This document shows positions 43,650 through 56,665 of a DNA stretch of 64,000 nt, one piece after another. This DNA is from Eledone cirrhosa (lineage: Eukaryota): positions 155,434,001 through 155,498,000 of the forward strand of contig OZ024741.1 of the NCBI GenBank assembly GCA_964016885.1, read 5' to 3'. Made by a program: the position numbers and the translations under genes. The stretch's first letter is position 1. Every line of letters starts with the position of its first letter. The notes beneath the pieces were generated by a model. That model was not told where the DNA came from. It worked only from the letters and a program-made list of their open reading frames with translations, and searched no databases.

Positions 43650-46600
43650 TTATGGTGGATCTGGTAATGGTGGTGGTAGTGGTGATGGTGGGTCTGGTAA
43701 TGGTGGTGGTAGTGTCACTGGTAGTGATGGTGTTGGTGTTAGTAGTGGTGGTGGTAGTGGTGATGGTGGGTCTGGTAATGGTGGTGGTAGTGTCACTGGG
43801 GGTGATGGTGTTGGTGTTAGTAGTGGTGGTGGTAGTGGTGATGGTGGATCTGGTAATGGTGGTGGTAGTGTCAGTGGTAGTGATGGTGTTGGTGTTAGTA
43901 GTGGTGGTGGTAGTGGTGATGGTGGATCTGATAATGGTGGTGGTAGTGTCAGTGGTAGTGATGGTGTTGGTGTTAGTAGTGGTGGTGGTAGTGGTGATGG
44001 TGGATCTCGTAATGGTGGTAGTGTCAGTGGTAGTGTTGGTGTTGGTGTTAGTAGTGGTGGTGGTAGTGGTGATGGTGGGTCTGGTAATGGTGGTGGTAGT
44101 GTCACTGGGGGTGATGGTGTTGGTGTTAGTAGTGGTGGTGGTAGTGGTGATGGTGGGTCGGGTAATGGTGGTGGTAGTGTCAGTGGTAGTGATGGTGTTG
44201 GTGTTAGTAGTGGTGGTGGTAGTGGTGATGGTGGATCTGATAATGGTGGTGGTAGTGTCAGTGGTAGTGATGGTGTTGGTGTTAGTAGTGGTGGTGGTAG
44301 TGGTGATGGTGGATCTCGTAATGGTGGTAGTGTCAGTGGTAGTGTTGGTGTTGGTGTTAGTAGTGGTGGTGGTAGTGGTGATGGTGGATCTGGTAATGGT
44401 GGTGGTAGTGTCAGTGGTAGTGATGGTGTTGGTGTTAGTAGTGGTGGTGGTAGGGGTGATGGTGGATCTCGTAATGGTGGTAGTGTCAGTGGTAGTGATG
44501 GTGTTAGTAGTGGTGGTGGTAGTGGTGATGGTGGATCTGGTATGGTGGTGGTAGTGTCAGTGGTAGTGGTAGTGTTGGTGTTAGTAGTGGTGGTAGTAGT
44601 GGTGATGGTGGATCTGGTAATGGTGGTGGTAGTGTCAGTGGTAGTGATGGTGTTGGTGTTAGTAGTGGTGGTGGTAGTGGTGATGGTGGTTCTGGTAATG
44701 GTGGTAGTGTCAGTGGTGGTGATGGTGTTAATGTTAGTAGTGGTGGTGGTAGTGGTGATGGTGGATCTGGTAATGGTGGTGGTAGTGTCAGTGGTAGTGA
44801 TGGTGTTGGTGTTAATAGTGGTGGTGGTAGTGGTGATGGTGGATCTGGTAATGGTGGTGGTAGTGTCAGTGGTAGTGATGGTGTTGGTGTCTGTAGTGGT
44901 GGTGGTAGTGGTGATGTTGGGTCGGGTAATGGTGGTGGTAGTGTCACTGGTAGTGATGGTGTTTGTGTTAGTAGTGGTGGTGGTAGTGGTGATGGTGGAT
45001 ATGGTAATGGTGGTGGTAGTGTCAGTGGTAGTGACGGTGTTGGTGTTAGTAGTGGTGGTGGTAGTGGTGATGGTGGGTCTGGTAATGGTGGTGGTAGTGA
45101 TGGTGGTAGTGACTGTGTTGGTGTTAGTAGTGGTGGTGGTAGTGGTGATGGTGGGTCTGGTAATGGTGGTGGTAGTGTCAGTGGTAGTGACGGTGTTGTT
45201 GTCAGTAGTGGTGGTGGTAGTGGTGATGGTGGGTCTGGTAATGGTGGTGGTTGTGTCAGTGGTAGTGTTGGTGTTGGTGTTAGTAGTGGTGGTGGTAGTG
45301 GTGATGGTGGGTCTGGTAATGGTGGTGGTAGTGTCAGTGGTAGTGTTGGTGTTGGTGTCAGTAGTTGTGGTGGTAGTGGTGATGGTGGGTCTGGTAATGG
45401 TGGTGGTAGTGTCAGTGGTAGTGACGGTGTTGGTGTTAATAGTGGTGGTGGTAGTGGTGATGGTGGATCTGGTAATGGTGGTGGTAGTGTCAGTGGTAGT
45501 GATGGTGTTGGTGTCTGTAGTGGTGGTGGTAGTGGTGATGTTGGGTCGGGTAATGGTGGTGGTAGTGTCACTGGTAGTGATGGTGTTGGTGTTAGTAGTG
45601 GTGGTGGTAGTGGTGATGGAGGATCTGGTAATGGTGGTGGTAGTGTCAGTGGTAGTGATGGTGTTAGCGTTAGTAGTGGTGGTGGTAGTGGTGATGGTGG
45701 ATCTGGTAATGGTGGTGGTAGTGTCAGTGGTAGTGACGGTGTTGGTGTTAGTAGTGGTGGTGGTAGTGGTGATGGTGGATCTGGTAATGGTGGTGGTAGT
45801 GTCAGTGGTAGTGACGGTGTTGGTGTCAGTAGTTGTGGTGGTAGTGGTGATGGTGGGTCTGGTAATGGTGGTGGTAGTGTCAGTGGTAGTGATGGTGTTG
45901 CTGTCAGTAGTTGTGGTGGTAGTGGTGATGGTGGGTCTGGTAATGGTGGTGGTAGTGTCAGTGGTAGTGTTGGTGTTGGTGTTAGTAGTGGTGGTGGTAG
46001 TGGTGATGGTGGGTCTGGTAATGGTGGTGGTAGTGTCAGTGGTAGTGACGGTGTTGTTGTCAGTAGTGGTGGTGGTAGTGGTGATGGTGGGTCTGGTAAT
46101 GGTGGTGGTTGTGTCAGTGGTAGTGTTGGTGTTGGTGTTAGTAGTGGTGGTGGTAGTGGTGATGGTGGGTCTGGTAATGGTGGTGGTAGTGTCAGTGGTA
46201 GTGTTGGTGTTGGTGTCAGTAGTTGTGGTGGTAGTGGTGATGGTGGGTCTGGTAATGGTGGTGGTAGTGTCAGTGGTAGTGACGGTGTTGGTGTTAATAG
46301 TGGTGGTGGTAGTGGTGATGGTGGATCTGGTAATGGTGGTGGTAGTGTCAGTGGTAGTGATGGTGTTGGTGTCTGTAGTGGTGGTGGTAGTGGTGATGTT
46401 GGGTCGGGTAATGGTGGTGGTAGTGTCACTGGTAGTGATGGTGTTGGTGTTAGTAGTGGTGGTGGTAGTGGTGATGGAGGATCTGGTAATGGTGGTGGTA
46501 GTGTCAGTGGTAGTGATGGTGTTAGCGTTAGTAGTGGTGGTGGTAGTGGTGATGGTGGATCTGGTAATGGTGGTGGTAGTGTCAGTGGTAGTGACGGTGT

Positions 46601-47785
46601 TGGTGTTAGTAGTGGTGGTGGTAGTGGTGATGGTGGATCTGGTAATGGTGGTGGTAGTGTCAGTGGTAGTGACGGTGTTGGTGTCAGTAGTTGTGGTGGT
46701 AGTGGTGATGGTGGGTCTGGTAATGGTGGTGGTAGTGTCAGTGGTAGTGATGGTGTTGCTGTCAGTAGTTGTGGTGGTAGTGGTGATGGTGGGTCTGGTA
46801 ATGGTGGTGGTAGTGTCAGTGGTAGTGTTGGTGTTGGTGTTAGTAGTGGTGGTGGTAGTGGTGATGGTGGGTCTGGTAATGGTGGTGGTAGTGTCAGTGG
46901 TAGTGATGGTGTTGGTGTCAGTAGTTGTGGTGGTAGTGGTGATGGTGGGTCTGGTAATGGTGGTGGTAGTGTCAGTGGTAGTGATGGTGTTGGTGTCAGT
47001 AGTTGTGGTGGTAGTGGTGATGGTGGGTCTGGTAATGGTGGTGGTAGTGTCACTGGTAGTGTTGGTGTTGGTGTTAGTAGTGGTGGTGGTAGTGGTGATG
47101 GTGGATCTGGTAATGGTGGTGGTAGTGTCACTGGTAGTGTTGGTGTTGGTGTTAGTAGTGGTGGTGGTAGTGGTGATGGTGGATCTGGTAATGGTGGTGG
47201 TAGTGTCAGTGGTAGTGACGGTGTTGGTGTCAGTAGTGGTGGTGGTAGTGGTGATGGTGGGTCTGGTAATGGTGGTAGTAGTGTCAGTGGTAGTGATGGT
47301 GTTGGTGTTAGTAGTGGTGGTGGTAGTGGTGATGGTGGATCTGGTAATGGTGGTGGTAGTGTCAGTGGTAGTGTTGGTGTTGGTGTTAGTAGTGGTGGTG
47401 GTAGTGGTGATGGTGGGTCTGGTAATGGTGGTGGTAGTGTCAGTGGTAGTGACGGTGTTGGTGTCAGTAGTGGTGGTGGTAGTGGTGATGGTGGGTCTGG
47501 TAATGGTGGTAGTAGTGTCAGTGGTAGTGATGGTGTTGGTGTTAGTAGTGGTGGTGGTAGTGGTGATGGTGGATCTGGTAATGGTGGTGGTAGTGTCAGT
47601 GGTAGTGTTGGTGTTGGTGTTAGTAGTGGTGGTGGTAGTGGTGATGGTGGGTCTGGTAATGGTGGTGGTAGTGTCAGTGGTAGTGACGGTGTTGGTGTCA
47701 GTAGTGGTGGTGGTAGTGTTGATGGTGGGTCTGCTAATGGTGGTGGTAGTGTCAGTGGTAGTGATGGTGTTGGTGTCAGTAGTGC
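43650..47785. repeat. 78-bp GGT-rich minisatellite, about 53 units, with higher-order repeats
   Basis: Unit of 26 triplets; variant GATGGAGGA at 45615 and 46473 (858 bp = 11 units). Confidence 0.92.
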
Positions 47786-47814
47786 TTAACACTATAACTA
47801 ATAAAATAATATAA

Positions 47815-48005
47815 ACATTTCACTATCCAGACAGCTTCCAAAAATAATGGTTGGATTTAATAGGGTACGTCAAAATTATTTATAAAACTGTTTATATATT
47901 AGATTTTGTCTGATGAAGGCATACCATATTTTAATTTGGTATCCCTGAAATGTGTATAACGAAATAAATATGGTTTTATAAATATAGTTTCCATTTATTA
48001 ATATC

Positions 48006-48008
<3 letters not shown>
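47815..48008 (+). mobile_element. Solo pseudo-LTR fragment, family K
   Basis: Colinear with 50215-50408. Confidence 0.8.
47905..47963 (+). ncRNA. Type I hammerhead ribozyme (family K)
   Basis: TTTGT CTGATGA AGG-C-ATACCA..TGGTAT-C-CCT GAAA TGTGTA TA|ACGAA. Confidence 0.85.
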
Positions 48009-48061
<53 letters not shown>

Positions 48062-48075
48062 ATATATATATATGA

Positions 48076-48178
<103 letters not shown>

Positions 48179-48209
48179 CATATATATATATATACATATA
48201 TATATATAT

Positions 48210-50408
48210 GCAAAAGTTCTATTTAAATTGTTGGGATACAACAAGCAAATATTTTTATAACTGATATAAAGCACTCGACATGTATTTGTAGTAAACATAC
48301 GATATTAACAAATGGAAACTATATTTATAAAACCATATCTATTTTATTATACATATTTCAAGGATAATTGTAACTGTAGAAATAAATCCAACTGTCCGTT
48401 AAATAACAATTGCTTAGCTAAAAATGTAGTTTATAATTGTAATGTAAAAACTAATTTAAATTCATTAAATTATGCCGGGTCTACCTCCACAGAGTTTAAA
48501 TCCCGCTTCAATAATCATAAACATTCTTTCACAGATCCAAACAAAAAATCTTCAACTTCGCTATCTAGCCTATTATGGGACCTAAAACGAGATAATGTTG
48601 AATATTCGCTGATTTGGAATGTTATTTCATAAGCTACTCCTTTTAATTCCTCTTCAGAAAATTGCGATCTTTGTATAGAGGAAATATTCTTTATATTAAA
48701 GACCAAAAATTCAATGAATTTAAGGAATAATTTATTCCGTTGCTGCAGACATAGATTGAACTCAACGTTTAAATATAAATATAAATTTAAAATGTAATAT
48801 AATTAATTAAGTAATTTGGTTAATATATGAAACCTGTCGATAAATCATTAGATTCCTTCACCTTTTTGATTTTCTTTGGTTAAGTACTCAAGTATAAATA
48901 AATTTTCTTCCTAAATATAAATATAAATATAATAAACTATTCAAGAGAAATATATTGAGAGCTCTTGAAAGGAGAAAATATTTCCTATTTCTTATATTTT
49001 TTTATATTTTCATATTTTTCATATTTTTTATTTTTTATATTTTTTAAATATTTTATTTATTTTTTATTTTTTATTAGGTTTGTTTTTTATTCTGATAGCT
49101 TCTCATAATTTTCGAACGTTTATCCTTTCAATATCTTGAGTAAAATATACGTAAGATAAATTTCTATACTAAATCTATTAAACATATTATTTTAACTTAA
49201 AATATTCTATAATATTTTAAAATATTTTAATATTTTAAATTTTAGAATTCTTTTGTTTCTAAGTTATATTGATATAATTATATTTCCAAAATATAATCCT
49301 TTTGTATTTTATGTACTCAATTATACTATGTAATATATTGATGTATACTTATCTCTATACGTGTATGTATGTATATGTGTGTATTAACATACATATACAT
49401 GTGTTATATGCATTTTTATGAAAATATATGTCTGTCTGTATATATGCATGAGTGACACGTGTCTACCAATTGGGTGATGCACACACATGTGTATATATGT
49501 ATATGTAAGAATTGTGTGTGTACATGTACATGTGTACCCATACAATTTGATTGCAGATAGGCATAATTTAACAGCCATAAATGCATGAAAGCTAATCCTA
49601 TATATTTATATATATATATATTAAACATTTTTATTTAATAACACAAGGGATGTATAACATTAATAATAAAAATCATTTATGCTTTGTATGTATATATATT
49701 ATATACGGCAGTAGATATAATGCGTATCTTCTGAGTGTGTATATATATATATATTTATGTGTATTTTTGCGTGCGTGTACGTGTTATATGATAGGTAATT
49801 TTCTCTAGAAATATATAGATTTCTTAATGTTTAAATTCCAATTTTTAATATATTGATCTCAACTCTTAAACTAAATATCTAATCATAGTTAAACAATGAT
49901 TAATTTCTCATATTATATATATATATTCCATTCATGAATATTAATATTTCTAATTTTATTTATTCATTTCATCGCAATTGTTAACTTAACTTAATATGAC
50001 ATGACTTAAGGTTTTCGTTCTCTCCCCCTCTCTCTATCTCTATATTTCTCTCTCTTGATTTTTTCTCTCTGTCTGGTGTTTTAATATCTCTCTCTCCTTT
50101 TTCTTTTTTCTTTTTTCTTTTTTTCTTTCTTTATATCTCCCTTTCTTTCTCAACTTTTCTCTCTCTCTCCGTCTTTTTCCTTCTCCGTAACACAATGACT
50201 TACTAAGATAAACAAATCAAATATCCTGATGTCTTCCAAAAGTAACGGTTGCATTTTGAAAGGGTATGTTAAAATTTATTTATAAAACTGGTATATATTG
50301 TATTTTGTCTGATGAAAGCATACCATAATTTAACATGGTATCCTTGAAATATGTATAATAACATAGATATGGTTTTATAAATATAGTTTCCATTTGTTAA
50401 TATCGTAT
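48210..50408 (+). mobile_element. 5'-truncated PLE family K: inverted arm, GIY-YIG remnant (48365-48797), long AT-rich 3' UTR
   Basis: 48298-48364 is the reverse complement of 50341-50408; NCNCRNKSNCPLNNNC..NVVY..YAGSTSTEFKSRFNNH..CDLCIEE. Confidence 0.85.
50304..50361 (+). ncRNA. Type I hammerhead ribozyme (family K)
   Basis: TTTGT CTGATGA AAG-C-ATACCA..TGGTAT-C-CTT GAAA TATGTA TA|ATAA. Confidence 0.82.
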
Positions 50409-50420
50409 ATATATATATAT

Positions 50421-50730
50421 ATAAAAGAGAAAACACAGGTAAGCATTAAGAGAAGGATTTTATCCAGGTATTTACGACCGTTTCATTGGTAAGTGCAACC
50501 TTATATTGCTATACTGCAAATAGCAGCCACTCAATTATAATTGTTGTTCACAGACTAATTTTCAAAATCCTTCTCTTAATGCTTACCTGCGTTTTCTTTT
50601 ATACTTTATAGTCCAAGATTGAACGGAATTCTTACAAACTTGTGGAGTTACACCTAACCGTACGTTGAAACTATCCATGAAACTGGCCTTCTTAACCACG
50701 AACTGTATCACAAAAAGCAATTTTCTGCTT

Positions 50731-50733
<3 letters not shown>
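50421..50733. mobile_element. PLE-type mini-insertion with inverted arms and tail
   Basis: 50421-50461 is inverted with 50564-50602; GAAACGGTC on the minus strand; within (TA)n. Confidence 0.6.
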
Positions 50734-50771
<38 letters not shown>

Positions 50772-50803
50772 GGTGTGTGTACATCTCTCACTTTCTCTTT
50801 TAC

Positions 50804-50869
<66 letters not shown>

Positions 50870-50890
50870 ATATGTATGTATGTATATATA

Positions 50891-51000
50891 TTGGAAAATA
50901 GGGGCTAAACATTTTCCTATTACCCACTCTATTAGCCTAAGTATTGAGTATTCTGGTGCGTTATGGTCCATCTGGTTCCTAACCACACTGCCTTCATTAT
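50891..51000 (+). mobile_element. Family D pseudo-LTR 3' fragment
   Basis: GGGG...TTCCTATTACCCACTCTA...GTATTGAGTA.T.TGGTGCGTTATGGTCCA is the reverse complement of 39054-39151. Confidence 0.8.
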
Positions 51001-51292
51001 ATCCCGCCGAGGTTGACTTTGCCTTTCATCCTTACGGGGTCGATAAAATAAAGTACCAGTAATGCACTGGGTATTTGCTGGCCTTGTGCCTAAAGTAGAA
51101 ACAATTATATATATGGTGAATTGGTGGTATTGGTAGAGGGTCGGACATGCTTTCCAGCAGAGTTACGTCCCCTTACAATCTGAGTTCAAATCCCGCCAAG
51201 GTTAACTTTGCCTTTCATCCTTACGGGGTCGATAACATAAAGTACCAGTAATGTATTGAGTAATTGCAGGCCTTGTGCCTAAAAGTAGAAAC

Positions 51293-51297
<5 letters not shown>
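51001..51297 (+). mobile_element. Two tandem family B SINEs
   Basis: Match 26322-26506. Confidence 0.85.
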
Positions 51298-51346
<49 letters not shown>

Positions 51347-51349
51347 CAT

Positions 51350-51545
51350 TTTAGTTCACGCAGCTGTAGAAATGAGTAGGGACGTCATTCGTGCCATAGC
51401 TGTATCAGTCTTTTCCTTTCTGTTGGACAACATTGGATGAGAGGGGTTGTTAGACTGGTATGCATGAGCAACAGCTCGTCTTCCTCAAGCAGTTTTGCCC
51501 GAGTTTGTGCCCCGGCGCAGAACCTTCTAGGTGCAAATTCCCTGA
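51350..51545 (+). mobile_element. Fragment of a CORE-type SINE
   Basis: AGTTCAC.CAGCTGTAGAAATGAGT, a CORE-like segment, followed by a GC-richer body. Confidence 0.45.
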
Positions 51546-51667
51546 TCATTCGTGACCAAATGTGGTGTTTATATAGTATATCAAACGTTAAACTAGTATA
51601 TTTCTTCATTGTACAGTGTAATTTGCTTTGCTGTTTCCATTTACTTTTTGCACACACTCACACACAC

Positions 51668-51728
<61 letters not shown>

Positions 51729-51767
51729 CCTCTCTCTCTAGATATATACCTATATATATAAATACCT

Positions 51768-51829
<62 letters not shown>

Positions 51830-51840
51830 ACACACACACG

Positions 51841-51882
<42 letters not shown>

Positions 51883-52317
51883 GCAGTAAGAAAATTCTTA
51901 CTGCAAGATGCAGCAACCTCACCTCGAACTATGGACATTATACTCTTTCTGATGAAGTGCAATATTTTAAGTAATGTTTGTGAATGAGCATAATAAAATG
52001 CAATTAGCGCTCAAAGACTAATATTGTATTGAAACATATGTTAAAGAACAAACTCTAAATAAATCTTTCTCTTCCAACATCTACTTCTTTCGTAGTCATT
52101 TGGTTTTCCTAGTACTATACCTTTAAATTAATAATTACTCCGTCATCTTCTCCTTGTATACTGTACTTTAAACTTTAATTGGACTGTTACCGTACTTCCT
52201 GCAATGACCTCGCCGAGAAAAACGTTGGTAAACAATCTTCCATATATAGTTTTGCTTGCACATTGATTCACACAAACAAATTTTAACCTGACATATCTTC
52301 ATATATACATATATATA

Positions 52318-52810
52318 TAAAAGGAAAAAATGAAACGAAATTTCATTTCCCACTCTTAGTACGGCTGTTACTTAAATATAAGTATGTACACGTACATACA
52401 TATAAGTATACAGACGTACAGTAGTATGTATATATATATACATACATGCACACATATATATATGTACGTATGGATTCACCGAACATTTATTATAATGCTC
52501 GGTGTGTTTGTAAACAAACATCCCGTATTAAGCCGTAGTGTCCAACAACCATCGTTGCTCGTTTGTTCAACACTGACAAAGGAACGCTGTACTAGTTTCA
52601 AGCTTATTAGCTATCGTCAGCAATGTATACCTTCCTGCCAGATTGTTGAACGTATATACTTAATTTATGCATATTAACAGCTGAGAAGCCCAACTTGCAT
52701 ATCGAGTGACTTAATCGGCCGGGTGCACCGAAAACGATAAACGGAGAAAATGAAACGAAATTTCATTTCCCACTCTTAGTACGGCTGTTACTTAAATATA
52801 AGTAGTACAC

Positions 52811-52813
<3 letters not shown>
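52318..52813 (-). mobile_element. Family C copy, terminally redundant (420-nt period)
   Basis: 52321-52393 recurs at 52741-52813; homologous to 9020-10012. Confidence 0.85.
52584..52626 (-). ncRNA. Minimal type I hammerhead ribozyme (family C)
   Basis: Same core and stems as 9199-9241, one stem I change. Confidence 0.82.
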
Positions 52814-52890
<77 letters not shown>

Positions 52891-53013
52891 ACAATAATAC
52901 TACATCTCTATGATATAGGATTTTTGCAAAGTACCCATGAAACTGTACAGTCGGGAATTTGAAGAAAAAATAGGTATTTATTTATGTCTAATATTTTTTC
53001 TTTCTTTATAATG

Positions 53014-53093
<80 letters not shown>

Positions 53094-53162
53094 TATGAAG
53101 AGAGAAGAAACATTTAGATATAATTAGTAATAAAATGTATCATACCCAAACTGCTCCTAAAT

Positions 53163-53250
53163 TCCTCGACTACGTAGTTTCGTGGCATAAACAAAAACAA
53201 TATATCAAAGATATAGAGTCCCTGCGAGGTCTGCCGACTTATCAAGAGGA
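53163..53250 (-). ncRNA. Type I hammerhead ribozyme, U3-A8 variant (family J)
   Basis: uccuc UUGAUAA gu-c-ggca..(long loop)..ugcc-ac GAAAC uacgua GUC|gagga; palindromic helix III ACUACGUAGU. Confidence 0.82.
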
Positions 53251-53916
53251 TACCTCATTTTACTAGTCTCAAGAACGCGTCTACACGACGTGAGAAAGAA
53301 TCTCAAAAGGCGGAGGGGGAGATAGTCACGCGATATAACGGTCGAGAAACAGAGCTAAGCCTCTTATAACCACGAAGAAAATACCACGGAGGCGGAGGGG
53401 GTATTCATATCGAGGCCGTAGAAGAGGTAGTGAAGAAGGCGAGAAGTATGAGTAATGGAAGCTTTCCAGTTGTCCCCACACTTCAAAGATTGCTCGACCA
53501 GAGGGAGTTATTAACAATATATTTAGAAACACACAGATACATGCGGACACACACATATATACATGAATGCATCCGCACCCAACTGTGAGTTAAGGGTGCC
53601 AACTTCACCGATGTTGCTCAATGAATGACTGGGACAGACCAATTCAGTTTGAACCAGACTGAACCAGTATCAGAGTTAAAAATACATTATGAAGAGAGAA
53701 GAAAGCTTCCATTACTCATACTTCTCGCCTTCTTCACTACCTCTTCTACGGCCTCGATATGAATACCCCCTCCGCCTCCGTGGTATTTTCTTCGTGGTTA
53801 TAAGAGGCTTAGCTCTGTTTCTCGACCGTTATATCGCGTGACTATCTCCCCCTCCGCCTTTTGGGATTCTTTCTCACGTCGTGTAGACGCGTTCTTGAGA
53901 CTAGTAAAATGAGGTA

Positions 53917-54004
53917 TCCTCTTGATAAGTCGGCAGACCTCGCAGGGACTCTATATCTTTGATATATTGTTTTTGTTTATGCCACGAAACTACGTAGTCG
54001 ATGA
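53917..54004 (+). ncRNA. Type I hammerhead ribozyme, U3-A8 variant (family J)
   Basis: As 53163-53250, with one stem I mismatch (GATGA). Confidence 0.78.
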
Positions 54005-54238
54005 ATTTAGGAGCAGTTTGGGTATGATACATTTTATTACTAATTATATCTAAATGTTTCTTCTCTCTTCATAATGTATTTTTAACTCTGATACTGGTTC
54101 AGTCTGGTTCAAACTGAATTGGTCTGTCCCAGTCATTCATTGAGCAACATCGGTGAAGTTGGCACCCTTAACTCACAGTTGGGTGCGGATGCATTCATGT
54201 ATATATGTGTGTGTCCGCATGTATCTGTGTGTTTCTAA

Positions 54239-54299
<61 letters not shown>

Positions 54300-54306
<7 letters not shown>

Positions 54307-54499
54307 GATGAAATCGAAAATGCAACTGGAGTCTTATTTAAAACAAATATATATATTAATTTGAACCAAATAAATATATATAATATTTTTAAAAATAAGA
54401 CTCCAGTTGCATTTTCGATTTCATCTTTTTTTCTTTATACTTTCACTCGTGTAGGATACCTCGGTTATTTTTTATTTTGTAAAAAGAACCTCACTTTCA

Positions 54500-54505
<6 letters not shown>
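54300..54505. mobile_element. PLE-type mini-insertion with inverted arms and tail
   Basis: 54302-54339 is inverted with 54393-54430, followed by a tail of about 70 nt; within (TA)n. Confidence 0.55.
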
Positions 54506-54538
<33 letters not shown>

Positions 54539-54641
54539 TATATAATATATATATATTATTTATACTCCAGTCCTACAAACTGTAGAGTGCTACTTATCCG
54601 ATATCTGCATTGCTTTATTGTACTACAATGAAACTCACCTC

Positions 54642-54703
<62 letters not shown>

Positions 54704-54744
54704 ATATATATATATATATATATATATTTGTATATGTATATACA

Positions 54745-55100
54745 CGGGGACATGAAAATACTAGGGTTGGTGCCCGAACACGCAATTAGCCCCAAACCCG
54801 CCTGAGCGTAAGAGTGCTAGTTCTTGTTAGGTCATCATTCTAGGAGAAGGAAGACTCTGATATAAAACTTGCGCCTCGATGGCAATCAATGATGTTGACC
54901 TGATCACCGTTGTTGAGAGAGTGGGATTGTTCACTTACAAAATTTTTAATTACAGGTATTAATTTCATGCGCGTTGCCTGAGCATGGCCATTCTTCTTTC
55001 GCTGCAGCATATACAGAGAGACATCTATGTCCTTTGAAGGGCTAAGAAACCATGTTCGTGCTACCTGTGTATGTAAAATGTCAAGAGATGGCAATTCTCG
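54745..55100 (+). mobile_element. Diverged non-autonomous RTE derivative
   Basis: ATTCTAGGAGAAGGAAGACTCTGATATAA...CAATGATGTTGAC...GAGAGTGGGA, as in family A. Confidence 0.6.
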
Positions 55101-55167
55101 ACAGACACACAGACACACAGTCACACACAGTCACACACAGTCACACACACAAACACACACAAACACA

Positions 55168-55268
<101 letters not shown>

Positions 55269-55273
55269 TTAAA

Positions 55274-55314
55274 CCAAACTGATGATCCGAATACGGTGAA
55301 ACAATTGTACTGGG
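55274..55314 (+). ncRNA. Minimal hammerhead-like motif (weak stem I)
   Basis: CTGATGA T-CCG-AATA-CGG-T GAAAC AATT GTA|CTGGG; palindromic ACAATTGT; in an insert of about 80 bp within (TA)n. Confidence 0.6.
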
Positions 55315-55947
55315 TAATGGTGAACTAACTGTTGTGGAATACTTTTATATATATATATAAAGGTTTATAGATTTATCGAATTTGTCCTAGACCGTCGTTT
55401 GCCACTCGCTCCATGATTTTACAGAACTTGTATTTAGTAAATACAAGTCCGTACATCAGAGCTCCCACTATGAGTTGCTTAGTAGTAAAAACGGCGTTGA
55501 CTGAGAACGCAATAATTTTCGGTCCCCGATCACGTGGTTTTATTACTACACCCCCACGCCTGGATGTACATATACAACACTACATGCGCGCAAGCTACGT
55601 GTTATTCCAAAATCTATCCAGAAAAACACATGCAGCCAGGACTAGTGGAGCAAATTGTCAACGGAGTTTATTCCTAAATATCCTATCGAGTAGGTCCAGA
55701 CGTGACCGCCCAAGACGACAGCAGCCTTCGCAGAGGAAGGCCGTCAGACCTAGTCAATAGAACCAATCACATAATTAGGTGGTTAACTTCAAACATCTTG
55801 GAGATCGCTGCAGTAGATTTCAATCGAGTCTATATATATCTATAAAAATAAACTATAAGAAGTGCATCATACATAGAAATCGAATTAATATAAAAAATAT
55901 ATATAAAATTCAACTTACGAGCATAGGCAAATCCGTTACTATAAATA

Positions 55948-56088
<141 letters not shown>

Positions 56089-56106
56089 GTGTATATATAT
56101 ATATAC

Positions 56107-56176
<70 letters not shown>

Positions 56177-56499
56177 GTAGATAAATCCACCAATTAATGG
56201 TAGGGTCCAAGCCGTATGAAGAACTCAATGTAATTCGTATGTAGATGTCGTGAAGGAAAGTTTAAAATACAAAATTTCAACGGTATAATTAAATGGAAGC
56301 AGTGTCAAATTAATACAAATAGTGAAAACAATGAAATTAAACAAAATACGGGTAATTCATAGTAAAACTCATTATTTTACGATCGTTTCTGGGGGACAGT
56401 CTTCCGTATATTCATTCTATTAGTGATCTATGTAAAATATATTACAAATTATCAAAGTAAGAAAATATACATACGTCTTCCCTACAAGCCATCTTCAGA

Positions 56500-56665
56500 A
56501 ATAATTGTCTCTACTTTTCGCACAAGGTCAGCAATTAACCAGTGTATTACTGGTACTTTATTTTATCGACCCCGTAAGGATAAAAGGCAAAGTTAATCTC
56601 GGCGGGATTTGAACTCAGAATGGCAAGGGCCGTAACTCCACGCGCCAAAGCATGGCGTCCGACCC
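56500..56665 (-). mobile_element. SINE family B
   Basis: Matches 26838-27000. Confidence 0.8.

Larger units (their letters stand above)
53091..54245. mobile_element. Non-coding HHR element family J (594-nt monomer), permuted inverted arms
   Basis: 53091 recurs at 53685; 53701-54245 is a near-perfect inverted, circularly permuted copy; (TA)n flanks. Confidence 0.88.

Noticed and set aside
43435-47814. 1459-aa, 1380-aa and 875-aa ORFs (Gly/Ser-, Val-, Thr- or Pro-rich)
   Set aside because: Open in several frames on both strands because the triplet-based 78-bp unit has few stops; the Gly/Ser frame is frameshifted and there is no non-repetitive domain.
51385-51657. 90-aa ORF as a host exon
   Set aside because: Overlaps a SINE-like fragment antisense; no recognisable domain or splice support.
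55385-55465. Hairpin ACTTGTATTT..AAATACAAGT with CUGAUGU on the minus strand
   Set aside because: Core lacks A9 and GAAA; single copy, no support.
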